Positions 1 to 8,659 of a stretch of 32,000 nt of DNA are shown here, piece by piece. The stretch comes from Opitutia bacterium KCR 482 (GTDB taxonomy: Bacteria > Verrucomicrobiota > Verrucomicrobiia > Opitutales > Intestinicryptomonadaceae). Location: NCBI GenBank assembly GCA_029269845.2, contig CP149973.1, positions 90,001 through 122,000 on the forward strand, in the 5' to 3' direction. The notes beneath the pieces are model-generated. The model worked only from the letters and a program-made list of their open reading frames with translations. It ran no database searches and was not told where the DNA came from. Positions within the stretch are counted from its first letter, which is position 1; each line of letters opens with the position of its first letter. The position numbers and the translations under genes were made by a program.

Positions 1-2643
1 GTCGGCGACCTCGTCGCGTACGGCTCGCGCGAGTACAGCATGCGCGTGTGGCTCGACCCCGACAAGCTCGCCGACTTGGGCATATCGCCGCTCGAAGTCT
101 ACGCCGCCGTGCGCAACCAGAACAGGCAGGTTGCCGCGGGCAAAATCAACCAGTCGCCGATTTTCGACAAATCCGCCGCCCACGAGCTTCTCATCGAGAC
201 AAAGGGCAGGCTCGCCGACGTGTCGGACTTCGGAAACATCGTCGTGCGCAAGCTCGGAGACGGGCGCATTGTGAAGCTTCGCGACGTTGCGCGGCTCGAA
301 CTCGGCGCGTACTCGTACTCGAACGCCGCGTTTTACAAGGGCGGCGACGCCGTCGCGCTGCTCGTCTACCAGACCCCGGGCTCGAACGCGTCGAACACCG
401 CAGGCAACGTGCTAAAACTCTTCGAGGAAATGAAAAAGGACTTCCCCGCGGGCTTGGACTACGACGTCGGCATGGACAACACCGTCTACATTGCCGACTC
501 AATCATGGCGGTTTTCCGCACGATATTCGAGGCAATCGTGCTCGTGGTTTTCGTGATGATGCTGTTTTTGCAGAACTGGCGCGCGGCGGTGATTCCGCTT
601 TTTGCGATTCCGATTTCGCTAATCGGCACGTTCTTTTTCATGCACCTTTTCGGCTTTACAATCAACAACCTCACGCTTTTCGGGCTTGTCTTGGCAATCG
701 GGATTGTCGTTGACGACGCAATCGTGGTGGTCGAAAACGTGGAGCGCAACATGCGCGGCGGGCTCGACGCAAAGGAGGCGACGAAAAAGGCGATGGCGCA
801 GGTTGCTGGCGCGCTTGTGGCAATCGTGCTCGTGCTATGCGCGGTGTTCGTGCCGACGGCGTTTGTGGAGGGCATTACGGGCGAATTTTACAGGCAGTTT
901 GCGCTGACAATCGCGGCTTCGACGATAGTTTCGGGTCTTGTGTCGCTGACTCTCACCCCCGCGCTTTCCGCGCTTTTCCTGCGTCGCGCCGAGCGTCCCG
1001 ACCTCTTCACACGCTGCTACGACTTCATACTCGGACGCCTGTTCTCTGCGTTCGACAGATGCTTTGAATGCGCCGCCGACCTTTACGGGCGTTTTGTGCG
1101 GGCAATCCTGAAATGGTCGTGGGCGTTGCTCGCGTTGTTTGTCGCGCTCATCGCGCTGACCGTCGTGGTTTTCAGGATGACTCCGAAAGGGTTTATTCCC
1201 GCGCAGGACACCTGCTACTTCTACATAGCCGTGCAGCTGCCCGACGGCGCGACGCTCGAACGCACGGCGGAGGTCATGCAAAAGGCGGAAAAAATCGTCG
1301 GCGAAACGCTTCCCGAAGCGCGGAAATACATGAGCTTGGCGGGGCTTAACATCGCAAACTTGGGGCGCATGTCGAACGGCGGCACGATGTTCATTCAGCT
1401 TGAAGGCAAGGAAAGCCGCGTCGCAAAGGGCATTCCGCTCGACGACAGTATCGGACGCCTCATGGACGCGTTCAATATGCGGATTCCCGAAGCGCAGTTT
1501 TTTGCGGTGAAGCCGCCCGTAGTGTCGGGCATAGGCATGGGCGGCGACTTCAAGGGATACGTTCAGGACAGGAAGTCGCTCGGTCTTGCGGCGGTAGAAC
1601 GCAAGGTTTCGGAGGCGGTTGATTCCGCCCGCACGGAGGATTCCATATCGACCGCGCTTACCATGTTTTCAATAAAAAGTCCGCGCCTGAAACTCGACAT
1701 CGACCGCGAGGAGGCGGAGCGGCTCGGCGTCGGCGCAAGCCCGATTTTCGACGCCCTTCGCTTCAACTTGGGCTCGACCTACATCAACGACTTCAACATT
1801 CTCAACCGCTCTTACAGGGTTGTCGCGCAGGCGGAAAGCCGCAACCGCGCCGCGCCCGAAGACGTTCTGAAACTGCGCATTCCCGCGCGCGGCGGCTCTT
1901 CCGTCCAAGTGGGGAGCGTCGCAAAACTGCGCCGCACGGTGGGGCCCGAAGTCATCACGCGCTACAATCTGTATCCCGCCGCCGAAATCATGGGCAACGT
2001 TTCCGCGGGGCATTCGACGGGAGGGGCGATTTCCGCAATCGAAAACATCTGCGCGAAAATCCTGCCCGACGGCATGGGTATCGAATGGACCGACTTGGCG
2101 TTTCAGGAAAAGCGCGTCGGCGGTTTCACCGCTTTGATAACGTTTGCGCAGAGCGTGGTGTTCGTGTTTCTGATTTTGGCGGCTCTCTACGAAAGCTGGC
2201 GGCTTCCGCTTTCGGTAATCCTCATTGTCCCGCTCGTTCTGCTGTTCTCCGTTTTGGGCGTGCGCGGCTTGGGCATGGACATAAACGTGATGACGCAGGT
2301 AGGGTTCATAGTGCTGATAGGGCTTGCGTGCAAAAACGCAATCCTGATTGTGGAGTTCGCAAAACAGCGGCAGGAGGCGGGAGAGGACGTCGTGGGCGCG
2401 GTGTCGAACGCCGCCCGAAACAGGCTTCGCCCGATTCTCATGACATCGTTTGCGTTCATTCTGGGAGTGCTTCCGCTTGTGCTAGCGCGGGGGACGGGCT
2501 CGGAGCTGCGCAACGCGCTCGGAACGCCCGTCTTTTTCGGCATGCTGGGCGTGACGGCGGCGGGGCTTGTCTTTACGCCCGCATTCTTCTACCTCATCAG
2601 GCGGAGCTTTTCTCCGAAAATTAAAACGGGCAAAAAACAATAG
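1..2643 (+). CDS. RND-family (HAE1/AcrB-like) efflux permease, 5'-truncated at window edge
   Basis: Frame 1 is open from base 1 (VGDLVAYGSREYSMRVWLDPDKL...), so the gene starts upstream of the window. More than 870 aa, alternating large soluble loops with clusters of hydrophobic helices. AcrB-family signatures present (GIVVDDAIVVVEN; GLACKNAILIVEFA). An outer-membrane-factor gene follows 15 nt later. Confidence 0.9.
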   Translation, partial: VGDLVAYGSREYSMRVWLDPDKLADLGISPLEVYAAVRNQNRQVAAGKINQSPIFDKSAAHELLIETKGRLADVSDFGNIVVRKLGDGRIVKLRDVARLELGAYSYSNAAFYKGGDAVALLVYQTPGSNASNTAGNVLKLFEEMKKDFPAGLDYDVGMDNTVYIADSIMAVFRTIFEAIVLVVFVMMLFLQNWRAAVIPLFAIPISLIGTFFFMHLFGFTINNLTLFGLVLAIGIVVDDAIVVVENVERNMRGGLDAKEATKKAMAQVAGALVAIVLVLCAVFVPTAFVEGITGEFYRQFALTIAASTIVSGLVSLTLTPALSALFLRRAERPDLFTRCYDFILGRLFSAFDRCFECAADLYGRFVRAILKWSWALLALFVALIALTVVVFRMTPKGFIPAQDTCYFYIAVQLPDGATLERTAEVMQKAEKIVGETLPEARKYMSLAGLNIANLGRMSNGGTMFIQLEGKESRVAKGIPLDDSIGRLMDAFNMRIPEAQFFAVKPPVVSGIGMGGDFKGYVQDRKSLGLAAVERKVSEAVDSARTEDSISTALTMFSIKSPRLKLDIDREEAERLGVGASPIFDALRFNLGSTYINDFNILNRSYRVVAQAESRNRAAPEDVLKLRIPARGGSSVQVGSVAKLRRTVGPEVITRYNLYPAAEIMGNVSAGHSTGGAISAIENICAKILPDGMGIEWTDLAFQEKRVGGFTALITFAQSVVFVFLILAALYESWRLPLSVILIVPLVLLFSVLGVRGLGMDINVMTQVGFIVLIGLACKNAILIVEFAKQRQEAGEDVVGAVSNAARNRLRPILMTSFAFILGVLPLVLARGTGSELRNALGTPVFFGMLGVTAAGLVFTPAFFYLIRRSFSPKIKTGKKQ

Positions 2644-2658
2644 GAACGGTCTGTTAAA

Positions 2659-4134
2659 ATGAAAAAATATTTGAAAAAATTTTCGCTTCTCGCGGCGGCG
2701 GTTCTGCCGTGCGCTTGCATGGTGGGTCCCGACTACGAAAAGCCCGACAATTCCGAATTCGTGGATTTCGAAAAATTCGCCAACGAAAACGGTCTGTGGA
2801 AAAACGCCGCCCCGCGCGATACCGCCGCCCGCGGCGACTGGTGGGAGGTATTCGGCGACGCGGAGCTTTCCAAATACATGCGCGAATGCGCCGAAAGCAA
2901 CCCCGATTTGAAATCGCTTTTCTTCCGCGTCGAGCAGGCGCGCGAAAACGCCGGCATAAAGCGCGGCTCGCTCTACCCGCACGCGGGTGTGTCGGGCGAC
3001 TGGTTCAGGACGGAAGTCGGAGACCGCTCCATTTTGCGCCCGCTCGGCTCGCGCTTCGAAGACTGGGCAATCGGGGCTACCCTCACTTGGGACGCCGACC
3101 TTTTCGGCAGAATCCGCAGCGTTCTGGCTGCCTCCCGCGCCGACGCTCAGGCGGCGCAAAACGAGTACGAAAGCGCGCTGCTTTCGCTGCGCACGCAGTT
3201 TGCTGCGCTGTACTTTTCACTGCGCGAGTTCGAGGCCGAGAAAATTTTGCTCGAAAAGACGGTGGAAATCCGCGAGTCCGAAACGCGCTTCGTGCGCGAC
3301 AGATTCGAAATGCAGACCGCGACGGAGTCGGACCTGCAACGCGCGACTGAGCAGGAGTTTTCGGCGAAAGCCCAGCTTACCGACATGCTCGAAAGAATCG
3401 CGCTCGCAAAAAACCTCGCCGCAAACCTGCTCGGCACGACCCCCGCGAAGCTCGCAATTTCGCCCGCGCCCCTCGACGGCGTCGCGCCCGAAATTCCGCG
3501 CGTTCTGCCGTCCGAGCTTCTCGAAAGGCGCGCCGACGTCGCCGCCGCCGAACGCGCGGTTTGCGCGGCGAACTTCCGCATAGGCGCGGCGCAGGCGGCG
3601 TTCTTCCCGACGGTTTCGATTACAAGCTCGCTCGGCACGGAATCGACGGCATTTTCGAAGCTTCTCAATTCAAGTTCGTTCGCGTGGGGCGTAAGCCCGC
3701 AGGTCTACATTCCGATTTTTCAGGCGGGCAGGCTGAGCGCGCAGAAGCGCGTCGCCCTTGCAAAGCACAGGGAGAGCCTCGAAAAATACAAGGCGACCGT
3801 GTTGAAGGCGGTTCGCGAAACGGAAGACGCACTCGCGAAAGCGTCGCTTGCAAAACAGCGCGTCTCGGAACGCGCGGTTGCCGCCGCCGCCGCCGCGAAG
3901 GTGGAGGAGTTTGCCCAGACTCAGTACGAGGGCGGCGTTGCCGACTATTTTCAGGCGGGCGAAGCGCACCGCTACGCGCTCATGAACAAACTTGCCCTGA
4001 TTAAGAGCAGGGGGGACGAGTTCAGGGCTGCCGTCGAGCTTGTCCGCGCCGTCGGCGGTTCGTGGACGCCCGAACGGCCCGAAGAGTCCGGCGTTGTCGA
4101 AAAGGCGGAAAGGGCGTTCGAGCGCGGATTGTAG
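2659..4134 (+). CDS. RND efflux outer-membrane factor lipoprotein (NodT/OprM family)
   Basis: 491 aa. N-terminal signal peptide ends in Cys residues (AAAVLPCAC) followed by the GPDYxKP motif typical of NodT-family lipoproteins. Two-fold internal repeat rich in long helices. Sits directly downstream of the RND permease. Confidence 0.85.
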   Translation: MKKYLKKFSLLAAAVLPCACMVGPDYEKPDNSEFVDFEKFANENGLWKNAAPRDTAARGDWWEVFGDAELSKYMRECAESNPDLKSLFFRVEQARENAGIKRGSLYPHAGVSGDWFRTEVGDRSILRPLGSRFEDWAIGATLTWDADLFGRIRSVLAASRADAQAAQNEYESALLSLRTQFAALYFSLREFEAEKILLEKTVEIRESETRFVRDRFEMQTATESDLQRATEQEFSAKAQLTDMLERIALAKNLAANLLGTTPAKLAISPAPLDGVAPEIPRVLPSELLERRADVAAAERAVCAANFRIGAAQAAFFPTVSITSSLGTESTAFSKLLNSSSFAWGVSPQVYIPIFQAGRLSAQKRVALAKHRESLEKYKATVLKAVRETEDALAKASLAKQRVSERAVAAAAAAKVEEFAQTQYEGGVADYFQAGEAHRYALMNKLALIKSRGDEFRAAVELVRAVGGSWTPERPEESGVVEKAERAFERGL

Positions 4135-4361
4135 CCGCTCGGCGTCGGCGACCGCGAAAAATTGCGCAGCTAAAACAAAAACCGCCGCGCGGGCGCAAAT
4201 TCCGTTTCGGGAGCTGTCGGCATTGCGGAAATCGCGAAATGCCGTCTGCCGCTCGTCGCGGGAATGCAAAAAATCCGCAACCCGCCGCCGCTTTCAATAT
4301 GTCGCTTCGTGCGCAAAATTACGACGGCGTTGGCGTTAGGCTTTTTTGCGCTTAAAATTTG

Positions 4362-4397
4362 GGCGGAGCGTGGGAATCCCGTTCCGCCTTTTTATTT
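4362..4397. terminator. GC-rich hairpin with flanking T/A runs, possible bidirectional intrinsic terminator
   Basis: GGCGGAgcgtGGGAaTCCCgtTCCGCC (4362-4388) is followed by TTTTTATTT on the plus strand. On the minus strand the same hairpin is followed by CAAATTTTAA. It lies between the convergent OMF gene (ends 4134) and the 141-aa gene (ends 4453). Confidence 0.45.
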
Positions 4398-4452
4398 GTC
4401 AAATTTTCGCCGCGTAAGCGCGCGTAGGTTCGGGAGGTTTGCGCGGAATCCG

Positions 4453-4878
4453 CTATTTTTCCTCTTCGGGCGCGGGGTATTTTACCATCACGACGTCTCC
4501 GACGAGCGCGGTGCCGCTCACCGTTTTGAACGACGCGCAGGCGCGGTGCACAATGCCGTCGCTTTGCAGAATCGCGGTCGGTCGCATTTCGATGTCGCAC
4601 GCGTAGTACACGGGCGCGCGGCCTTTGACCGAGTTCCGCGAGAGCACGTTTACGATGACGTGTTCGCCGTGTTTTTCGACAATTCTTCCGACGTACAGGT
4701 CAATGTCCTTTTGCGGCGCGGCTTCCGCAAGACGGCGTATCGACGGCGATTCCGCCGTGCGCCCCACGAGTCCGCGCCGCGCCGACTGCGCAGCGACTTC
4801 CCCGACGCCCGCCGCGAGCGAAAAAAACGCCGCACACAAAACCGTGCGCGACGCGAGAATCGAAAGTCTATTCGGCAT
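4453..4878 (-). CDS. hypothetical small exported protein (141 aa)
   Basis: N-terminal hydrophobic signal-like segment ([26 protein letters not shown]), then a non-repetitive, balanced composition. Its ATG is embedded in the last codons of rpoD (ATGCCGAATAG; 11-nt overlap at 4868-4878), implying translational coupling. The overlapping plus-strand 209-aa ORF is Arg-rich junk. No family recognised. Confidence 0.55.
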   Translation of the reverse strand: MPNRLSILASRTVLCAAFFSLAAGVGEVAAQSARRGLVGRTAESPSIRRLAEAAPQKDIDLYVGRIVEKHGEHVIVNVLSRNSVKGRAPVYYACDIEMRPTAILQSDGIVHRACASFKTVSGTALVGDVVMVKYPAPEEEK

Positions 4879-6799
4879 CTTTCGTCTTTTTGAAGTGGTC
4901 GAAGCCGGGGCCTTTTGCGTTGTCTTCGGCTTCGAAGAATCCGTGGAGCTGGCGGATACGGGTGGGGTGTCTCATCTTGCGGAGAGCCTTTGCCTCAATC
5001 TGCCTGATTCTTTCCCTTGTTACATTGAACTGTTTGCCGACCTCTTCGAGAGTCCTCGAATAGCCGTCCTGCAAGCCGAAGCGGAGCGTGAGCACCTTGC
5101 GTTCGCGCGGCGTGAGCGAGTCGAGAACGTCCATGAGCTTTTCGCGCAGGAGCGAGTATGCTGTCATGTCGTAGGGGTTTTCCGCGCCCTTGTCTTCGAT
5201 GAAGTCGCCGAAATTCGTGTCGTCGGAGTCTCCCACGGGGCTTTGGAGCGAAATCGGCTGTTGCGCCATTTTCATAATCGACTGCACGCGTTCCACGGGG
5301 AACTGCATTTCGTTTGCCACTTCCTCCGGCGTCGGCTCGTGCCCAAGCTCTTGCAGAAGCTGTTTCTGAACCTGCATGACCTTGTTGAGCGTTTCAATCA
5401 TGTGGACGGGAATGCGGATTGTACGCGCCTGGTCTGCGATTGAGCGCGTGATTGCCTGCCTAATCCACCAAGTGGCGTATGTCGAGAATTTGTAGCCGCG
5501 CTTGTATTCGAATTTTTCGACCGCCTTCATCAGCCCCATATTGCCTTCCTGAATGAGGTCGAGGAAGTTCAGCCCGCGGTTTGTGTATTTTTTTGCAATG
5601 GAAATCACGAGTCTGAGGTTTGCGCGAACCATTTCGGTTTTCGCCTTGTGCGCCTCGCGCATCGACTGCCGCACCGACTTCACCAAATCGACGAGTTCGG
5701 CGGGGTCTATGCAATATTTGTTCCTGATTTCGTTCAGGCGGGCGTTGATTGCGTTGCTGTCGCCGATTTTAGTTTTCTTGCCTATTTTCTCTATCGCGCG
5801 GAGTTTGTAGAGCAGGTCTTCGATTTCGCGCAGTGTGGGCGCGAGCGTGTCGAGAAATTCCTCGAAAACTTTGAGCTTGAATTTGAAGCCCTTGACGTAG
5901 ATGTCTTTGAGTTTTGCTTCGAGGTTTTTGAAAAGCGTTATATGGCGCTTTTTGAGGGCGGTGTTTGTTGCGCTTTCCGCGCTTTCCCAAGATTTGTCGA
6001 GCTTCGTCTGAATGTCCTCCGCCTTTTTGATGTATTCGGGCAGTTCCGCAAAGTAGTTTTCGCGGACTTCGACCTTTTTATCGAGCACGATTTTATCGAA
6101 GCGTTCCTCTTTTGCCGCGAGCTTTTTTGCGATGTCTATCTGAAATTTGTTCGTCAGCGAGACCGAGAACAACGCCTTGACAGCCTTGTTTTCCGCCGCC
6201 TCTATGCGCTTTGAAATCGCCACTTCCTCCTCGCGCGTGAGCAGCGGCACCTGTCCCATTTGTTTGAGGTACATGCGGACGGGGTCGTCGAGAGTGTCCG
6301 CCTGCAAGGCGCGTGTCTGGCGTTCCTCGTTCTCCTCTTTGCGGGTCTTGTAGTTTTCGACCTCCTCGTCGCTGTCGAGAATTTCGACTTCGAGGTTTTC
6401 GAGAATATTGATTACGTTGTCGAATTCGCCGGGGTCGCTTAGCGTTTCGGTAAGGTACTTGTTGATGTCCTGATTTGTCAGATAGCCCTTTTCCTTCGAT
6501 AGGTGTATGAGCTGGCGGATTTTGTCGTTGAGCTTCTTTTTGTGCTCGGCGGCCTGGTTTTTCGGCTTCTTCGAGCCTTTCGGTTCATCGTCGATTGCTT
6601 TCGCCGCGGCGGGTTTTGCGGGAGATTTCGCCTGCGCCTTCGATGGCTTTGCCGCCGCCTTTGCCGCTGGTTTTACGGGAGTTTTTGCCGCCGCTTTCGC
6701 GGGGACTTTTACAGGGGCTTTCGCGGTGGCTTTCGCCGCAGGTTTTTTCGCCGCCTGCTTTTTGGCGGCGGTTTTCGTTGATGTTTTCTTTGTGGCCAT
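4868..6799 (-). CDS. rpoD: primary RNA polymerase sigma factor (sigma-70/RpoD) with Lys/Ala/Pro-rich N-terminal extension
   Basis: 643 aa. Region 2 ([30 protein letters not shown]), region 3 and region 4 ([30 protein letters not shown]) are textbook RpoD. About 85 N-terminal residues are AKKPAAK-type repeats. Confidence 0.95.
   Translation of the reverse strand: MATKKTSTKTAAKKQAAKKPAAKATAKAPVKVPAKAAAKTPVKPAAKAAAKPSKAQAKSPAKPAAAKAIDDEPKGSKKPKNQAAEHKKKLNDKIRQLIHLSKEKGYLTNQDINKYLTETLSDPGEFDNVINILENLEVEILDSDEEVENYKTRKEENEERQTRALQADTLDDPVRMYLKQMGQVPLLTREEEVAISKRIEAAENKAVKALFSVSLTNKFQIDIAKKLAAKEERFDKIVLDKKVEVRENYFAELPEYIKKAEDIQTKLDKSWESAESATNTALKKRHITLFKNLEAKLKDIYVKGFKFKLKVFEEFLDTLAPTLREIEDLLYKLRAIEKIGKKTKIGDSNAINARLNEIRNKYCIDPAELVDLVKSVRQSMREAHKAKTEMVRANLRLVISIAKKYTNRGLNFLDLIQEGNMGLMKAVEKFEYKRGYKFSTYATWWIRQAITRSIADQARTIRIPVHMIETLNKVMQVQKQLLQELGHEPTPEEVANEMQFPVERVQSIMKMAQQPISLQSPVGDSDDTNFGDFIEDKGAENPYDMTAYSLLREKLMDVLDSLTPRERKVLTLRFGLQDGYSRTLEEVGKQFNVTRERIRQIEAKALRKMRHPTRIRQLHGFFEAEDNAKGPGFDHFKKTKDAE
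6545..6799 (-). repeat. low-complexity coding repeat (AKKPAAK / KPAAKAAAK-type) forming the RpoD N-terminal tail
   Basis: The translated sequence is [68 protein letters not shown]... The DNA is reiterated GCN-GCN-AAR/CCN units, which also generate several spurious ORFs on the opposite strand (6503-6882). Confidence 0.8.
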
Positions 6800-6817
6800 A
6801 TTCGTTTCTCTTAAAGT

Positions 6818-8659
6818 TTAGAATTCCTCGATTTCCGACGGCGGTTTCTTCGACTCGCGCCGCAGCCGAGACAGCTCTTTGAGCAGTGCCATCGACTCCT
6901 CCGAATCCGTCGCCTGCGCCCTCACGAGCCTTTTGTTTAGCGATTCGATTTCGTCGGCGTAGAAGTTTTTGTATATTTTACGCACGCAGTCGTTTGCGTA
7001 CTTTACGGGATTTTCTATCGAGGATTTCTCTTCCGAGCATATTTTATATATGAGGTTTTTTTCGTCGTCTCTTTCAAAGCACGTGTCGATTTCCGAAATT
7101 TCGAAGCCGACACCTTCGCGGTGCAGCGCCAGAAGCCGCCTCAGTGTGCGCGCCTCTACCGCATCGCCGCGAATCCAAACGTCGTCGAGAATCTGCGACA
7201 GACCCTCCGCGACATTTTCGTAATGCAAACTCACTAATAAAGCGTCGTATACGGCGTTTGTCAACATTCCTTGACTGCGATTTTCCCCGTTTTGTTCCGT
7301 TTCCTCCTCCGAGCCGCGTTTTATGTTGCGTTGCGACCATTCGGCGTAGTCCTGCGCGATGGCGGCGTAGTCGGCGATTGTGGCGGTCGAGATTTCCCTG
7401 AGGTAGTCGTCGCGCAAAACCCGCGAGCGGCAGGCGGCGACCATTTCGAACAGCGAGAGTATAGCGTTGCGCTTGTCCTGCGGGGTGGGGTCGGGGTTGT
7501 CGGCGAGAATGTATTTCGCCGCGAAGCTCAGCGCGGTGCGCTTTTTGTTTTCGACAAGCTCGCGCATGGCGTCGACGCCGTGTTTTTTTATGAAAGAGTC
7601 TGGGTCGTCGCCGTCTGGGATAACCGCCACGAACGGTTCAAGCTCAGCCTGAAAGCAGATTGGGATAACCCTCAACGCCGCGTGAAGCCCCGCGTTGTCG
7701 CCGTCGAAAAGCAGAACCACCTTGTTTGCGTAGCGTTTTATCAGCGCGAAGTGCTCCGCGCCCGCCGCCGTTCCCTGCGTGGCGACCGTGTTCTTGAAGC
7801 CGGAGCAATACATGCGGATTGCGTCGAGCTGCCCCTCCACGACTATGCAGGCGTTCCTTTCCTTTGCGGAGTTTTTCGCCTTGTCCATGTTGAACACGAC
7901 AAGATTCTTCTTGAAAATTTCCGTATCGCGCGAGTTTACGTACTTGCCTTCCTCCGACGGCGCGACGGGCGTAAAGCGCGTCTTTCTTGCGGTGAATGCG
8001 ATTACCCGCCCCTGAATGTCGCAGATCGGAATTGTCATACGGCCGCGGAAGCGCGGGTGGAAGTTGCGTATGTTTCTGTCGCCTTCGTGCGCGTAGAAAA
8101 TGCCCGACGCCACGATTGCCTCCGGCTGGTACTTCTTTTTATAGAGCAGGCGTTTCAGCTCGATTGAATCGACGGGGGCGAAGCCTATGCGCAGTTCCTT
8201 TGCGTCGTCGAGGGTGAAGCCGCGGTCGTTGGTCCAATAGTCGCGGATTTCCTTTGCTTCGGGGGTGTCGGCAAAAAACTGCTGGGCGTACCACTCGGCG
8301 GCGTCCTCGTGAATGTCGAACAGCTGCTTTCTAAGCGACGGCGGAGCGCCGTTTCCGCCCGCCTCGTACTCCAAATTGATTGCGTATTTCTTTGCTATAA
8401 ATTCGACGGCTTCGGGAAAATTCAGGTTTTCCTTGACCATCGCGAATTTGAAGAGGTCGCCGCCCTGCGACGTGCTGAAACAATAGTAGAATCCCTTTTC
8501 GGGGTAGACGAAAAACGACGGGGTCTTTTCGTGCGTGAACGGGCTAAGCCCCTTCAACGCCGAGCCGCTTTTTTTCAGCGCGACATAGTTCGATATAAAG
8601 TCGGCGAGGTTGACCCTCGCCCTGACTTCCTCTATCGACGATTGTTTGATTCTCGCCAT
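6818..8659 (-). CDS. dnaG: DNA primase DnaG (zinc-finger ligands degenerate)
   Basis: 613 aa. N-terminal primase zinc-binding-domain homology (SPFTHEKTPSFFVYPEKGFYYCFSTSQGGD), an RNA-polymerase core and a TOPRIM domain (VVEGQLDAIRMY...; LLFDGDNAGLHAALR). Start codon directly abuts the stop of the upstream TPR gene. rpoD starts 18 nt downstream. Confidence 0.9.
   Translation of the reverse strand: MARIKQSSIEEVRARVNLADFISNYVALKKSGSALKGLSPFTHEKTPSFFVYPEKGFYYCFSTSQGGDLFKFAMVKENLNFPEAVEFIAKKYAINLEYEAGGNGAPPSLRKQLFDIHEDAAEWYAQQFFADTPEAKEIRDYWTNDRGFTLDDAKELRIGFAPVDSIELKRLLYKKKYQPEAIVASGIFYAHEGDRNIRNFHPRFRGRMTIPICDIQGRVIAFTARKTRFTPVAPSEEGKYVNSRDTEIFKKNLVVFNMDKAKNSAKERNACIVVEGQLDAIRMYCSGFKNTVATQGTAAGAEHFALIKRYANKVVLLFDGDNAGLHAALRVIPICFQAELEPFVAVIPDGDDPDSFIKKHGVDAMRELVENKKRTALSFAAKYILADNPDPTPQDKRNAILSLFEMVAACRSRVLRDDYLREISTATIADYAAIAQDYAEWSQRNIKRGSEEETEQNGENRSQGMLTNAVYDALLVSLHYENVAEGLSQILDDVWIRGDAVEARTLRRLLALHREGVGFEISEIDTCFERDDEKNLIYKICSEEKSSIENPVKYANDCVRKIYKNFYADEIESLNKRLVRAQATDSEESMALLKELSRLRRESKKPPSEIEEF

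Noticed and set aside
4022-4893. Plus- and minus-strand ORFs of 91-209 aa in and around the 4135-4452 gap (e.g. 4264-4893, 209 aa)
   Set aside because: The translations are Arg/Pro/Ala-rich ([15 protein letters not shown]...). The 209-aa ORF overlaps the better-looking 141-aa minus-strand gene, which has a signal peptide and is start-coupled to rpoD.
6503-6882. Three plus-strand ORFs (92-104 aa) rich in F/G/A/R repeats
   Set aside because: They are reverse-complement shadows of the AKP-repeat coding region of rpoD.
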